From: Ophelia neglecta
Lineage: Eukaryota
DNA length: 64,000 nucleotides
Direction of reading: 5' to 3'
Assembly: GCA_965285935.1 (NCBI GenBank)
Contig: OZ260662.1
Coordinates: 78,616,001 to 78,680,000 of the forward strand
The stretch's first letter is position 1; the number at the start of each line of letters is the position of its first letter. This document shows, in pieces, positions 48,476 through 59,371 of this stretch. Under the pieces are notes generated by a model. It searched no databases. It had not been told where the DNA came from and saw nothing but the letters and a program-made list of their open reading frames with translations. Both the position numbers and the translations under genes were made by a program.

Positions 48476-51392
48476 ATGACAACACCGCCTCAGTTACTTA
48501 GTTTAGAGGAAATTGTTCTCAAACTGTACGATGTTGAAGGGCTTAAATTTGGTAGCTTTACCATGCGGACAGGCGAGAAGACTCCGGTTTATATCGACAT
48601 GAGGGTAATGTGGAGTTACCCTGACTTGGTGGTAAGGTTTTAAGCCTCTCACGTAACGTACAAAACAGTAGACCAGCGTGTATAAGAACCCTTATCAAAT
48701 GTGAATTATTGTCTGTGCTATATTACTTCATACCGATCAATAATTATTATTTCGTGCGCATCGATTCTCTATCTAGGTATACATATAGGGCTAAGTCGTA
48801 AAAATACGGTTCTGTCCTACAGCATTTGTACAGATGTTAAGACCGTCCCAATTTGTTTTGAAAAGATTTCTTATACAAAGGAATCAGGTTATTACACATG
48901 GGTTGGAATCGGTTGGGTAATTTTAATAATGCTGTATAGTTTACACATTCTTGTGTGTGTTTGGGGGGGGGGGGGTTGTACTTAAGCAACTGTAAAAGAG
49001 AGGTTGCTGCCACATCGCCCCCCTTAATTCCCGGCTCTCCCTAATATATAGTTAGAGAGGCACATGTTGGCAATTCTTTGGTATATGTATCTCGTAACGT
49101 ACTTTTCAGGTGCCGACATTTTTTGGTCATTTTTTTTATAATAGTCTATGTATAAGGCTGTTGATAAAGACGAAATTCCAAGATCTGCATCGGTACCAGA
49201 AGTATGTCTGATGGCTTCGTTATACCGCTTCCGAATTATAGTTTCACTATTATGCACATGTTTTGCCAGGAGCCTATGATGTTATGGCGGTCTATTAGAA
49301 AGACACATTTAAGATTAAGTTAATCAGATAGGCATATAATAATAGGTATAAAAAATAATAAGCTTTTTTTAAAGAATGTTGGCTAATAATTCTTTCATGT
49401 CATAACCGTTCCATTCAAATTATTTCTTTAACATCACATAATAAAAGGACTTTCAAATATACATTATGTGTTGCCATCACCATACAGTGAAACCTGGAAA
49501 TTAGGGACAGGCAAGGGACTGTGTTAAAGTGCCCTGTTTTCTAAGGTGCCCCTAATTTCAAGGTTATTTAATATATAAAACGCTATGTTGGGTCCTAATG
49601 TAGCTGTCCCTAATTATCAGGTGCCCCTAATTTCAAGGTGCCCTTTAGACCAGGTTTCACTGTATATACTTGCAGCGGTCGGTCTCTGAACATTTGTGGC
49701 AAGAGGTACAAAAACACCAGGGGGAATACGACTGTGTGTGTGGACTGCCATACCAAGGCATACCACTGGCGACAGTAAGTTATACATATACACAATTCAC
49801 ACTTAATAAATTATCTGTCTGGCTAAAATACACAATTTTAAGTCTAGTATATTCTTCTCTTTACATAACACGTTAAATATATAAACCTAGTTTTTCACAC
49901 GAACAGGTTATTCATGTGTGAATTATAAATCTATTCAGATCTGAAGCTTCAATTTTCCGTATGATACACAGACAGCGTGTTAATTTCACATTACACTAGG
50001 CCTAGCTTCGTTTTTAATTATGATTTATTTGATTGTGTGCAGCACTTGTGCACACAGTATGGTGTCCCGATGATTATGAAGCGGCAGCAACCAAAGCAGT
50101 ATGGCACGAAGAAGCTGTTGGAAGGGCATTTTAAAATGGGGGATAGATGTCTTATATTGGATGATGTAGTCATGACTGGAGGAACCCTAGTCAAAGACAT
50201 ACCGGTGCGTTCAGTGTTATATACGAATCTTAGGAACCGCTTCATAAAAACAATTGCCCCCCCCCTGCAATTTTTAAGCTTACTAAGACGAATTATTTAT
50301 AAAATGCCGAGGAAGGCCTTCACCACCTAATCAGATATTAATATTTAATCAAGCCTACACGTATAGCAGATCTATAGGAAGTTTATTTTAGGAGGGAGAA
50401 GACTTGATTCGAAGTTCATTTTTCCTCAGGTTTTTCAGAATGCGGGGCTGGCTGTCCCTTGTTGTGTTGCCTTTATTGACAGAGATCAAGGAGGCTGCCA
50501 AAGGACACAGAAAACCTGTGGGGTGGACGTGCACTGGTAGATATATTGTCATTCACTCAAGTGGTTCTAGTAAGGAATCATGTATCGTACATATATATCA
50601 CTCGAGAAAAAGATAATTTTTTTTCATATAGGGCCTATCCACAGGGCCTTTTAAAACTGAAAATCAGAGTTGACTGTCCCATATAAACCTCCTTTATACT
50701 ATATAAAAAATATAGTATATAGTGACTCTATATGGGAGATTTCAGTTTTAAAAGGCCCTGTGGTCGCACAAATGATGCCCAGAAATGCGATATATGTCCA
50801 GGTGATCATGACCAGCTGTGGAACTGGTAGGGCACAGAAATATCAAAGTATGTAGGTAACTCAGGGCGTACTTCTTCACCCACCACGTTACCTGATTATG
50901 TGTTCCGCTGCAGGATTACGCAATTAACTACTTTGATATTTTCTGTAACCAACGTTCAGCGCCTTAAATGCTTTAATTTTTTTACTCCTGAACTCAGATG
51001 ATATTTCTGAGCATCATTTGTACAACGGTTATTTAATATGCACAAAGGTAAGGCACGGTACCTACAGCCGATGAAGCACTGTGTCAGTGCCATTATTAGT
51101 TGCCCGAGGTTAGTGTGAAAGTTATTACGTACGGCTATAAAAGTTTCTTCTTTTTGGAGTTAGAACTTTCAACTTATTATATTACAACGCCAAACCAATT
51201 GTTGTACGTCACCTCCAATTCTACGTTATTTTCAGCGTTCTTACCATTGAGGAGATATTTGAATATCTACTCAAAGCAGGGAGGTTAAACCAGGCAACAG
51301 TAGATGATACCCGGGCTTATCTGCAAGCAAATCGTTTTGATAACATTACTACAGAAATATGCGAGAAGACAGAAGACGACCAACAATTATAA
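48476..51392 (+). CDS. Stand-alone orotate phosphoribosyltransferase-like protein (UMPS N-terminal domain only), 226 aa
   Basis: Exons 48476-48631 (MTTPPQLLSLEEIVLKLYDVEGLKFGSFTMRTGEKTPVYIDMRVMWSYPDLV), 49676-49774 (..YDCVCGLPYQGIPLAT), 50043-50204 (..PMIMKRQQPKQYGTKKLLEG..RCLILDDVVMTGGT..), 50430-50536 (..FIDRDQGG..), 51236-51392 (..VLTIEEIFEYL...ANRFDNITTEICEKTEDDQQL*). All GT-AG, in phase, no internal stops; AATAAA at 51468. Confidence 0.9.
49485..49662. mobile_element. Tc1/mariner-pogo-type MITE, 178 bp, in OPRT intron 1
   Basis: TIR CAGTGAAACCTGG, TA on both flanks, internal repeats GGTGCCCCTAATTTCAAGG. Confidence 0.85.
50639..50763. mobile_element. 125-bp hairpin MITE in OPRT intron 4
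   Basis: 24-bp perfect inverted ends CCACAGGGCCTTTTAAAACTGAAA; no TSD visible. Confidence 0.7.
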
Positions 51393-51536
51393 CGTCATCA
51401 CATTAGGAATACATCGGGGATTCGATGGCCACGGATACTTCTAGATAATTATAGGCATACTAGGGGTAATAAAAAAATAATACCATGCATGACAAGACTT
51501 TTTTGTGATTCGGTGTTGCTCTAAGCAGCATCTTAA

Positions 51537-51819
51537 GGGACGGACCATTAGATATCTAGGGGGGGGGCCAGAGAACTTGGCTCTAGTTAGGAAATTTTTT
51601 TTCTTGAATAAAGTTGACAGAAAATTTTTTTTCACCACAGAATCCGCCAGATTATTTTTTTCCTCTATATAATATATTTTTTTACTTAAAAATAATAGGC
51701 AGATTATTTTTTTTTTATGTATTTTTCTGGCAGATTATTTATTTTTGAGAAAATCAAAGCCAGAAAATTTATTTTCATTTTTTTCTGGCCCCCCCCCTAG
51801 ATATCTAATGGTCCGTCCC
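51537..51819. mobile_element. PIF/Harbinger-like MITE, 283 bp, just downstream of the OPRT poly(A) signal
   Basis: ~35-bp TIR GGGACGGACCATTAGATATCTAGGGGGGGGGCCAG; TAA TSD at 51534-51536 and 51820-51822. Confidence 0.9.
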
Positions 51820-54019
51820 TAAAGGCAGTTAGTACTTCTTTTACTTGTGTGTGTACAAAGCTTATGGTAAATTATATATGATAGTTAAACTACTGCATGA
51901 TTTATGCCTCATTCGTTATTGTGTCGTGCGTTACAAAACGCAGAAGTATGCCTATGGTTTGATCTTTTGATCTGTCCCCGGAGGGAGAGTGACTTGTCTA
52001 GACTTATGTCGTGTTTTATATTTATCCTTGAGTTAGTTTGTTATGATGATTATGTTGGTTATGGTATGCGTTTGAGCGCGATTATTTCTGTCCCCCAGGT
52101 AAGTCGCAAACCTTTTGATCATGAACATATCATGAAATTACATGTCTGCCAATTTAGCCTTCCCTGTGATTTAACTTGGGTGATTAGCTTAGATTTTTAT
52201 AGGCCTATAATAGTCCATTGTGAAGTATTCAAATAATCATATCCAAGCGTTTATCGACTGATTTTGATAAAATTTGTGAAATTGAATCCTGTCATTTTTT
52301 TGGCATTTTTAAAATTATGGTTGACCTCCAATAATTATTTATGTCATGTAAGTTGAGAATGTAATACCAACAGTTCTTTCAAGTCGACAATGATCCAACT
52401 AAGTAATATGTACTACTAAATATTACACGCTGCTGACGCTTTGGATAAGAAAAAAACAACGCATGCGATTGGAAACACCCATTGTAAAAAATGATTCCTA
52501 AATCCTGAAGTGTCTTTCTGAGGAAACATAACCAAAAAATGGGCATTTTAAGCCCCTCTGTGTTAGTATAAGTTTTATCGAGCATTGCAAACAATTACGA
52601 TTGGTCTGAGAGACTGACTGTAGCTATTAAACGGAATTAGCAGAATACATTTTAGTGTGTCCTAATATCCCCACAGTTAATCTAGTGAAACAGCAGTTTT
52701 GTTATGAGAAACAAAACTGCTAACCCCTTTAAAGCTACGGTCATGACCAGTGCGAGATTACGCAGGGCTTTTCACCTATGTGTCTCGTTTTTTTAAGTTC
52801 ATAATTAACATGAGTAAATTGGACCCTAAACAGTTTTTTTCCAAAAAAATTATGAGAATATCGTGGATAGCCAGATGAAGCACATATTCGTTGATTCATT
52901 GCTCATTTTCACAGCATCTGGTATTAGTTCTGGCATGAGCAGAACAGCTAAGACCATTATTCTTCGCGAGCCTTATTATATGTTGAGATTACCAACAGGC
53001 TTTGATCGAGCGCCATAATGAATAGACATATATGTTTACTTGTATGCGTAATCCACCTTGAATACAAGTTGTTAAGATTTGTTATTTTGGGGGATAGCGA
53101 CTTAGTAAGATATCAATTAAAGTGGTAGATGCAACCAATTATAGTTATTTTTTTAGTGGACACAGGGTATTAAATATATGGCCTCTGTACGTTAGTTGCT
53201 AAACGCAAGGTATTAAACTAAGAATAGCCTATAAGACCAATGTACGTCATTAAACCAATGGGTATTTTAAGTCAGGCCTTGGAGTTCGCGTGTGTTTACG
53301 AGAAATGGCTTATTCAATTGTCAGTAATGCAAACGAAGAGGTAGCACGGTCGATACTCACGACAGTAACTTTAATTCACAGAAGTTGAAATCTATAGCAA
53401 TACTGATCATAAAGTGATCAGGTTTCTTCAAAGAAATTTGTTCGTAGTTTTATTGTCATCCATTTCTATTCAATAAACTTTTTATTCTAGATATTTGCCA
53501 TAATGTGTCCTTCTAATTTTATTCGGCCTTTTCATTTGCGACTTGCCACACCCAGCTTACATCTTTTTAGGATTAAGTTGTATATAACAATTTTTCCTAG
53601 ATTTCACACCCAAACTTGCATCTTTTTTTTTGGGCAAATTGTGTAACACGTTTTAGTAGATTTAATGTAAAGCTATAGGTATTACAGGACAATAACATAG
53701 CGTTGTTCTAGTCAAGAAATCGTGTGTATTTTTCGAGGCGTTTGACATGGTAAACAGTAACAATTTATTGTATAAACTCATCAAATCAGAGGTTCATGGT
53801 CGACTTATGGACTACAAGTATACTATAACTGTGTGAGACCTATATATACTTGAAAACTAAATTCGTGTTATACGTCGCGAGAAGGACAAATGCCAGTACT
53901 TTATTGTTTCGGATTACTTAAGCGACCTCGAATACATCTTACTTCAATAAACATGGCGTTGTCGTTTATACTTAAAACTAATAATGTTGAACCTGGTGTG
54001 GGCAGAAGATCGTTCTTAT

Positions 54020-54669
54020 TCCAGATAGCACGTCAACATTGGCCCAATGTTTGACCAACCTTATCAGTTACAATGGCAAAATACCTACATGTGTCTGCAT
54101 TGAGCCAATGCAAATGTGGCTGGTAACTCCATTGAGCCAACCATGGCCCAATGTTGTGCCAAAGCTATACCACATTTAATCCAAACACACGCCAGTATTG
54201 GCAAGACGTTGGGCCAATTCCTTCCATTAGGTCAATTATGAGTTTTTCTCTTTTAGCATAATTAATTAAACCCAAGTTGATCACTGATTTTAGTTCACAA
54301 CAGAGAAAACATGACATTTCAAAGTTAAATATACACAGTTATGGTCATACCTAGTCTATATAAAACCGTAGATACGTATTATCATTATATCTACATTTTA
54401 CACTATCATCAATTAAATTGTCCGCCCAAGACAATACTCATTAAAATAAATGCTGTACCAATGCCGTTGTCCAATAGCTTTCAGGGTTTCAGGGATGAAC
54501 GAAGGAAAAAGTTTACCAAGAAAAAAAAAACCACATTATGGACCAACTTGAAAAAATCATCCCCCAAAGCTGTCTAATGTTGAAATGTTGGCATAGTGCT
54601 TGTCAGCAACGTCTGCTACAAGCATGCTCGCCCAATGCTTGCCCAGCCCAGGGCATAGTGGGAGCTGGG
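54020..54669. mobile_element. CMC/EnSpm-like non-autonomous element (second left end at 54809)
   Basis: Starts CCAGATAGCA, ends ...GAGCTGGG; repeated TTGGCCCAATG/GAGCCAA subterminal motifs; CCCAGATAGCA recurs at 54809. Confidence 0.45.
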
Positions 54670-55307
54670 GATTGATGTATTGATGTGTGCATGGGCCTGT
54701 GGCTGCCGGTTCCTGATGATTTTGGACCGCTTGAATGGACTCTTCTTGATAAATGATTTAGCTTTGTCTACCGGGTATCCCATCCCTTTTAAAAAAAAGT
54801 CATAGCATCCCAGATAGCAAGGCTCCATTACAGTGCCAAGACTTTTTCAAGGCATTCGGTCAACCGGTGTTGCATCAGAAATTGCCGTCAATCGATGATC
54901 TTTGCTTATCGGTCAAGCATTGACCCAGTGCTATAATTTCTACATTTCTAATTTTCTATAAATCTAGTGCAAACATTCAATCATTACAAGATAAAATGTA
55001 TATGCATGTATGTGTTTTTCATTACGATGCCTACTATTTAAGATATTTGGCAATGGAATACAGCGAAGATGGGCACATAAATTGCCTTCCTTCCTAGCAG
55101 AGTACACAGCTCCGTTCTCTTAATTGGATTAATTTAATGAGTATTTTCAGTGGAAGACTTATAGTATTCAATTTATATGAATCAAGGCTTAGCTTGTTAT
55201 ATTTAGACAACATGCAATAGATCTCATATTAAAGATTGATAATTTATCAAATATGTGTATAGAAACTATTCATATCTTATATAATAGTCAAATAAATATC
55301 ACAGGAT

Positions 55308-55352
55308 CACAGGTACGCGAGGCGTCTATCCCCTACTACCTTTAATAACTAA
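55308..55352. mobile_element. Solo, truncated TIR of the 32854-34149 transposon family
   Basis: CACAGGTACGCGAGGCGTCTATCCCCTACTACCT is identical over 34 bp, then diverges. Confidence 0.85.
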
Positions 55353-55369
55353 TATAGTTATTATAGGTA

Positions 55370-57843
55370 CACACAAAATATTTGCCTTTAAAAACTAGTC
55401 AAAATCTTGTCATATTGACAAGTTTTGAGTTGTTGTTTCGACGGTCAGAATTTCAACAGGTTATAAGTCGTCACTCACTTTAATGACGAGTAAAATCGAG
55501 TCAAATTGACAACTTTGTACAAAAGACTTGTCATCATTTCTGTGAGATTTTCAACAAGTTTTAACTAGTCATAACCTACACTTGACGAGTTGAAGGTAGT
55601 CATTTTGACAAATTGATTCTGATCAATTTGACAACATTTAAATGAACAAATAGCTATTAACAGTTCACATTTCAATTCGAATTTATTTCAAAATCACATA
55701 ACTATACAGAAAAACAATGACCAGTGGTCAGCAATATCATAGCATGGTCCATATCAATGAAGACTTTGATTATAACCTCATGCTAATTACTAAATGAACA
55801 AAGACCAGTTCGTCATATGTGATGATTTCAGACTCATATATCTGCACAAATAATGTGTACATGTGTATATTATAGCTTTACACAAGGCTAGTTGAGAATA
55901 TCATTTAAGTATAGATCTTTAAGTATAGTCTTAGCTGACTTGGAAAACATCCATTTGTGTATTATTATCACTTGAACATAGGGCCCTCATTTCAAAACAT
56001 TTCCATAATTTTCATTCCATGGTGAATATGCTGAAAAAAAATGCAATGTATTAGCAGTTGGACATTGATTCTTTTCTTCAGACTGTGATTACAGCGGAAA
56101 TGTTTCAGTCACAATTTGAAAGAATTGGTTCCAAAGGCACAATAGGCAAACATGTTTTACATTTACTGTGAAACCCTTAATTTTCGGTTGAATAGGTTGA
56201 AAAGAAGGCCAAGAAATATATTTGATTATCTCTGAACTTACTCTGCAAGTTCCACGTCCATCTCACCCTCACTTTCACAGTCTTCACTTTCACAATCCGT
56301 AGCTGCACAGTCTGAGTTATAGGCGGATGATATGATCTGAAATGATACAACACACAGAAGTCAACAGAAAATGATTTTTTTTCATGATTTCACATTAGAA
56401 AATAATAGGGTAAGTTACTAAGTGCAATTCATATGGTCATAATTTTCTGATCTAAGTTGTCTAATGTCAAATAATTTATTTCATGTAGCTGTTGACCTCA
56501 CTAGGGATGAGGCACAGTTGCAGGGTCCGACAGTAAGTATGTTCCGACTTGTCCTGTACGAGTAAAAAAACTGCCCGGGCAAGTGATTTATTTCTGCCAT
56601 CTGCCCGACGGGCAAGTGAAATTCAAGGGTCATACCGTTCCGACAAAGGGGTTCCCGAATGACAATCACCAACAATAGACTAAGACTTATTTGCAAATAG
56701 TTCAGTACCTCCTGTTTTGAGTACCTACAACATATTTTTTATGGCTGGGACATCGCAAGACACTGTTAGGCATGAACATTTCAGGCAAGTAACTTGCAGG
56801 GGCCACTTGTCCTATGCACAAGTAATTCCATTTCTTACTGTCAGACCCTGAGTTGGCACTTCTGTTGGGTCGCTGGTAAAAATGGTCCTGGTCAAAATAG
56901 TCCCCTACATAATGGTCCCATGCAAAGTGGGAAGGAGGGGTAAAAATGGTCCCATTTTATTATATTTTATCAGAAATTGATATGAAAGTGGATTTAGTTC
57001 ATTAACTTGATACGTAAAGTGGGTCTATCTCATTAATTTTGTCAATTTGTATGCCTTGAAACAATTTTGAAACTGTTTAATGGGCCATGTGTATGGCCTA
57101 ATCAGACTGAAAATATGGGGCCATACCAGAAATCAGTGGGACCATTCTTTTGTGGGTCAGATTATGTCTATCATACATTGGCCAATTGTTACCATGGCCC
57201 CTCACGGCATGTAAAACAAAGACTTTGGTGAGGTGGGGAAGCAGTGGAGCGGGGGGGGGGGGGGGGGGCAGATATAGTAGTGTCTAGCACGTGTGCAGTC
57301 AACACACGCAAATGAATACATATCAAAATGTTACGTCCCATCTCTTGATTTCTGTATAAAAAGCGGTGGGAATGCCGCATGCAAGAGGGTTGGAAAGACT
57401 TTCATGTAAACCCGCCGCGCCTAACACATGAACACGTTCTGCCATCTAACACGAGGAAATTTGTATTATCTAAACATGTCCGGATTTTATTATTATGCGT
57501 ACAGTATTACGGCCTCAGAATGGCACATAGTTGTCTACAAGTAATAGTAGTTATGGGTCATACTAGAATTCACACATTTTAGTTAGTGATGGCATGGGAT
57601 TTTAATCGATTTGGTCTACATCGTGTACTCACATTTTCTTGGACGTGCATGGGCGTCTGTCGGTTCTCTCGTGGTGGGCGGTGACAATGACTTCCGACAA
57701 GTTATAAGTAGTCATTCTGACGACGCGTGAGTAGTGTTGATTGAGAGACTCTCGTCAAAAACTTGTCTAGGGCGTGTGACAACCGGTAACTCGTCATTTT
57801 GACAACTTTTTTGACAAGTTTTGGGGAAGCAATATTTTGTGTG
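55370..57843. mobile_element. CAC-ended DNA transposon (CMC/EnSpm-like), ~2.47 kb, TA flanks, with nested insertions
   Basis: Ends TA|CACACAAAATATT ... AATATTTTGTGTG|TA; dense subterminal TTGTCA/TGACAA/GACGAG motifs at both ends (55385-55635 and 57690-57825). Confidence 0.7.
56521..56850. mobile_element. 330-bp MITE with CAGGG TIR and 5-bp TSD (hAT5-like), nested in the previous element
   Basis: TIR CAGGGTCYGACAGTAAG; AGTTG at 56516-56520 and 56851-56855. Confidence 0.8.
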
Positions 57844-57893
57844 TATAGTAGCGGATAGACGCTATTACCTCTATTCCAAAATCTGCCCAAACA

Positions 57894-59371
57894 TAAGTCA
57901 AATACCCGTATTCCAAAGATGGATCTCAAAAGATGTTGGATTTTCAGAACCAGATTTGTTTTAGATACATCTTTGGAATACTGGACTTAGATATTATAAC
58001 AAGATTCCGTGAGATACATCTTTGGAATGCGGCAGTTGAATTGGCTTTTTTTTACCAGATTTTCCTTACAATACATCTTTGGAATACTGGACTTTCTGAG
58101 TAGTTTGCACCTCATTTTTAACTTGATTTCCAAAGATACATCTTTGGAATACGGGACTTTCTGTGTGGTGTCCACCCCAGCCGTATAAAAATAGGTGGGA
58201 ACCCTAAGACTGTCTGAGTGGTGTAAACCCCAATCTTATCAAAGAGTTGGGTACCCTAACACTGTCTGGGTGTTTCGTACCCAACAGTAGGCCTATCAAC
58301 TAGGTGGGTACCCTAACACTATTTGTGTGTTGAGTACCCCAATTAACCGTATAAACGAGGTGGGTACCCTACTACTGTCTAGGTGTTGAGAACTCCAACC
58401 GTATCAAAGAGTTGGGTATCCTTACAATGTTTAGTCGTTGAGTACCCCAACCATAACAAAGAGGTAGGTACCCTATAACATTGTCTAGGTATTGAGTACC
58501 CAAAGTATCAAAGAAGTGGGTACCATAATACTTTCTTGGCGGTAGGTACCCCAAACGTATCAAAGAAGTGAATACCCTTACACTATCTGGATAATAGGTA
58601 CCCAAACTATAACAGGAATATGGTAAACAAACCTGATCTAAAAAATCCAATAACCTTGAAACAATGGACTTTGACGTTTAGCGAGATTTCCTACGATACA
58701 TCTCTGCATTACGCAACTTCTATCTTTTGGGTACGTTTGTCACGATACATCTTTGGAATAAGAACCCTGCCCTCAGACGGGCAAGATGTTACCGCTCGTA
58801 AGACCACTCGCTATACCGGTCTAACATACTGCCACTGTGAGCAGGGTATGGAATAAGGGACTTGAATATAATAACGGGTTTCCTAGCATAAATAGGGTAC
58901 TCATCTCTGTGACAGGGTTGGGGTACACACCGCCCAGGCATGTACAGTTTTAATGTTCCCACCACCTTTCTTCAGAAAGCTCTTATAATGTTGAAGTCCA
59001 GTATTCCAAAGATGTATTGTAAGCAGGCCAATACTTTTCAGAATCCCGTAGTTCAAAGATTTTTCTTAAGAAATGTCATTCAATGCCTGACCCGTATTCC
59101 AAAGATGAGTTGTAAAAGTCTAGCCAAAATGTTTAGGTTCAGTGATCCAAGGATTTTTGCATTTTTTTTGACAATATCTGCTTACTAAACATGTTTGTTA
59201 TAGGGCCTAGTGGACTTCTACCATTTGGTAACATTCCTCACGATACATCTTTGGACAATAGGCTATAACGACATTTTCAAATTCTACACTTCTTTGGAAT
59301 AGGCTACGGGATTTTGATTTGATTGGCCAGATTTGCTTACGATAGGCCTACATGTTTGGAATTTTTGACTT
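57894..59371. mobile_element. Non-autonomous element with ~11 subterminal GATACATCTTTGGAATA motifs and an internal minisatellite
   Basis: Motif in both orientations at ~57910, 57965, 58013, 58071, 58136, 58744, 59002, 59095, 59242, 59291 and 59351; TAAGTCAAA/TTTGACTTA inverted ends. Confidence 0.6.
58165..58625. repeat. Degenerate ~52-bp minisatellite, ~9 copies
   Basis: Consensus GTGTTGAGTACCCCAACCGTATCAAAGAGGTGGGTACCCTAACACTGTCTAG. Confidence 0.85.

Noticed and set aside
58165-58625. CRISPR-like look of regularly spaced palindromic repeats
   Set aside because: The intervening sequences are themselves homologous (whole-unit tandem repeat), there are no unique spacers or cas genes, and the context is eukaryotic.
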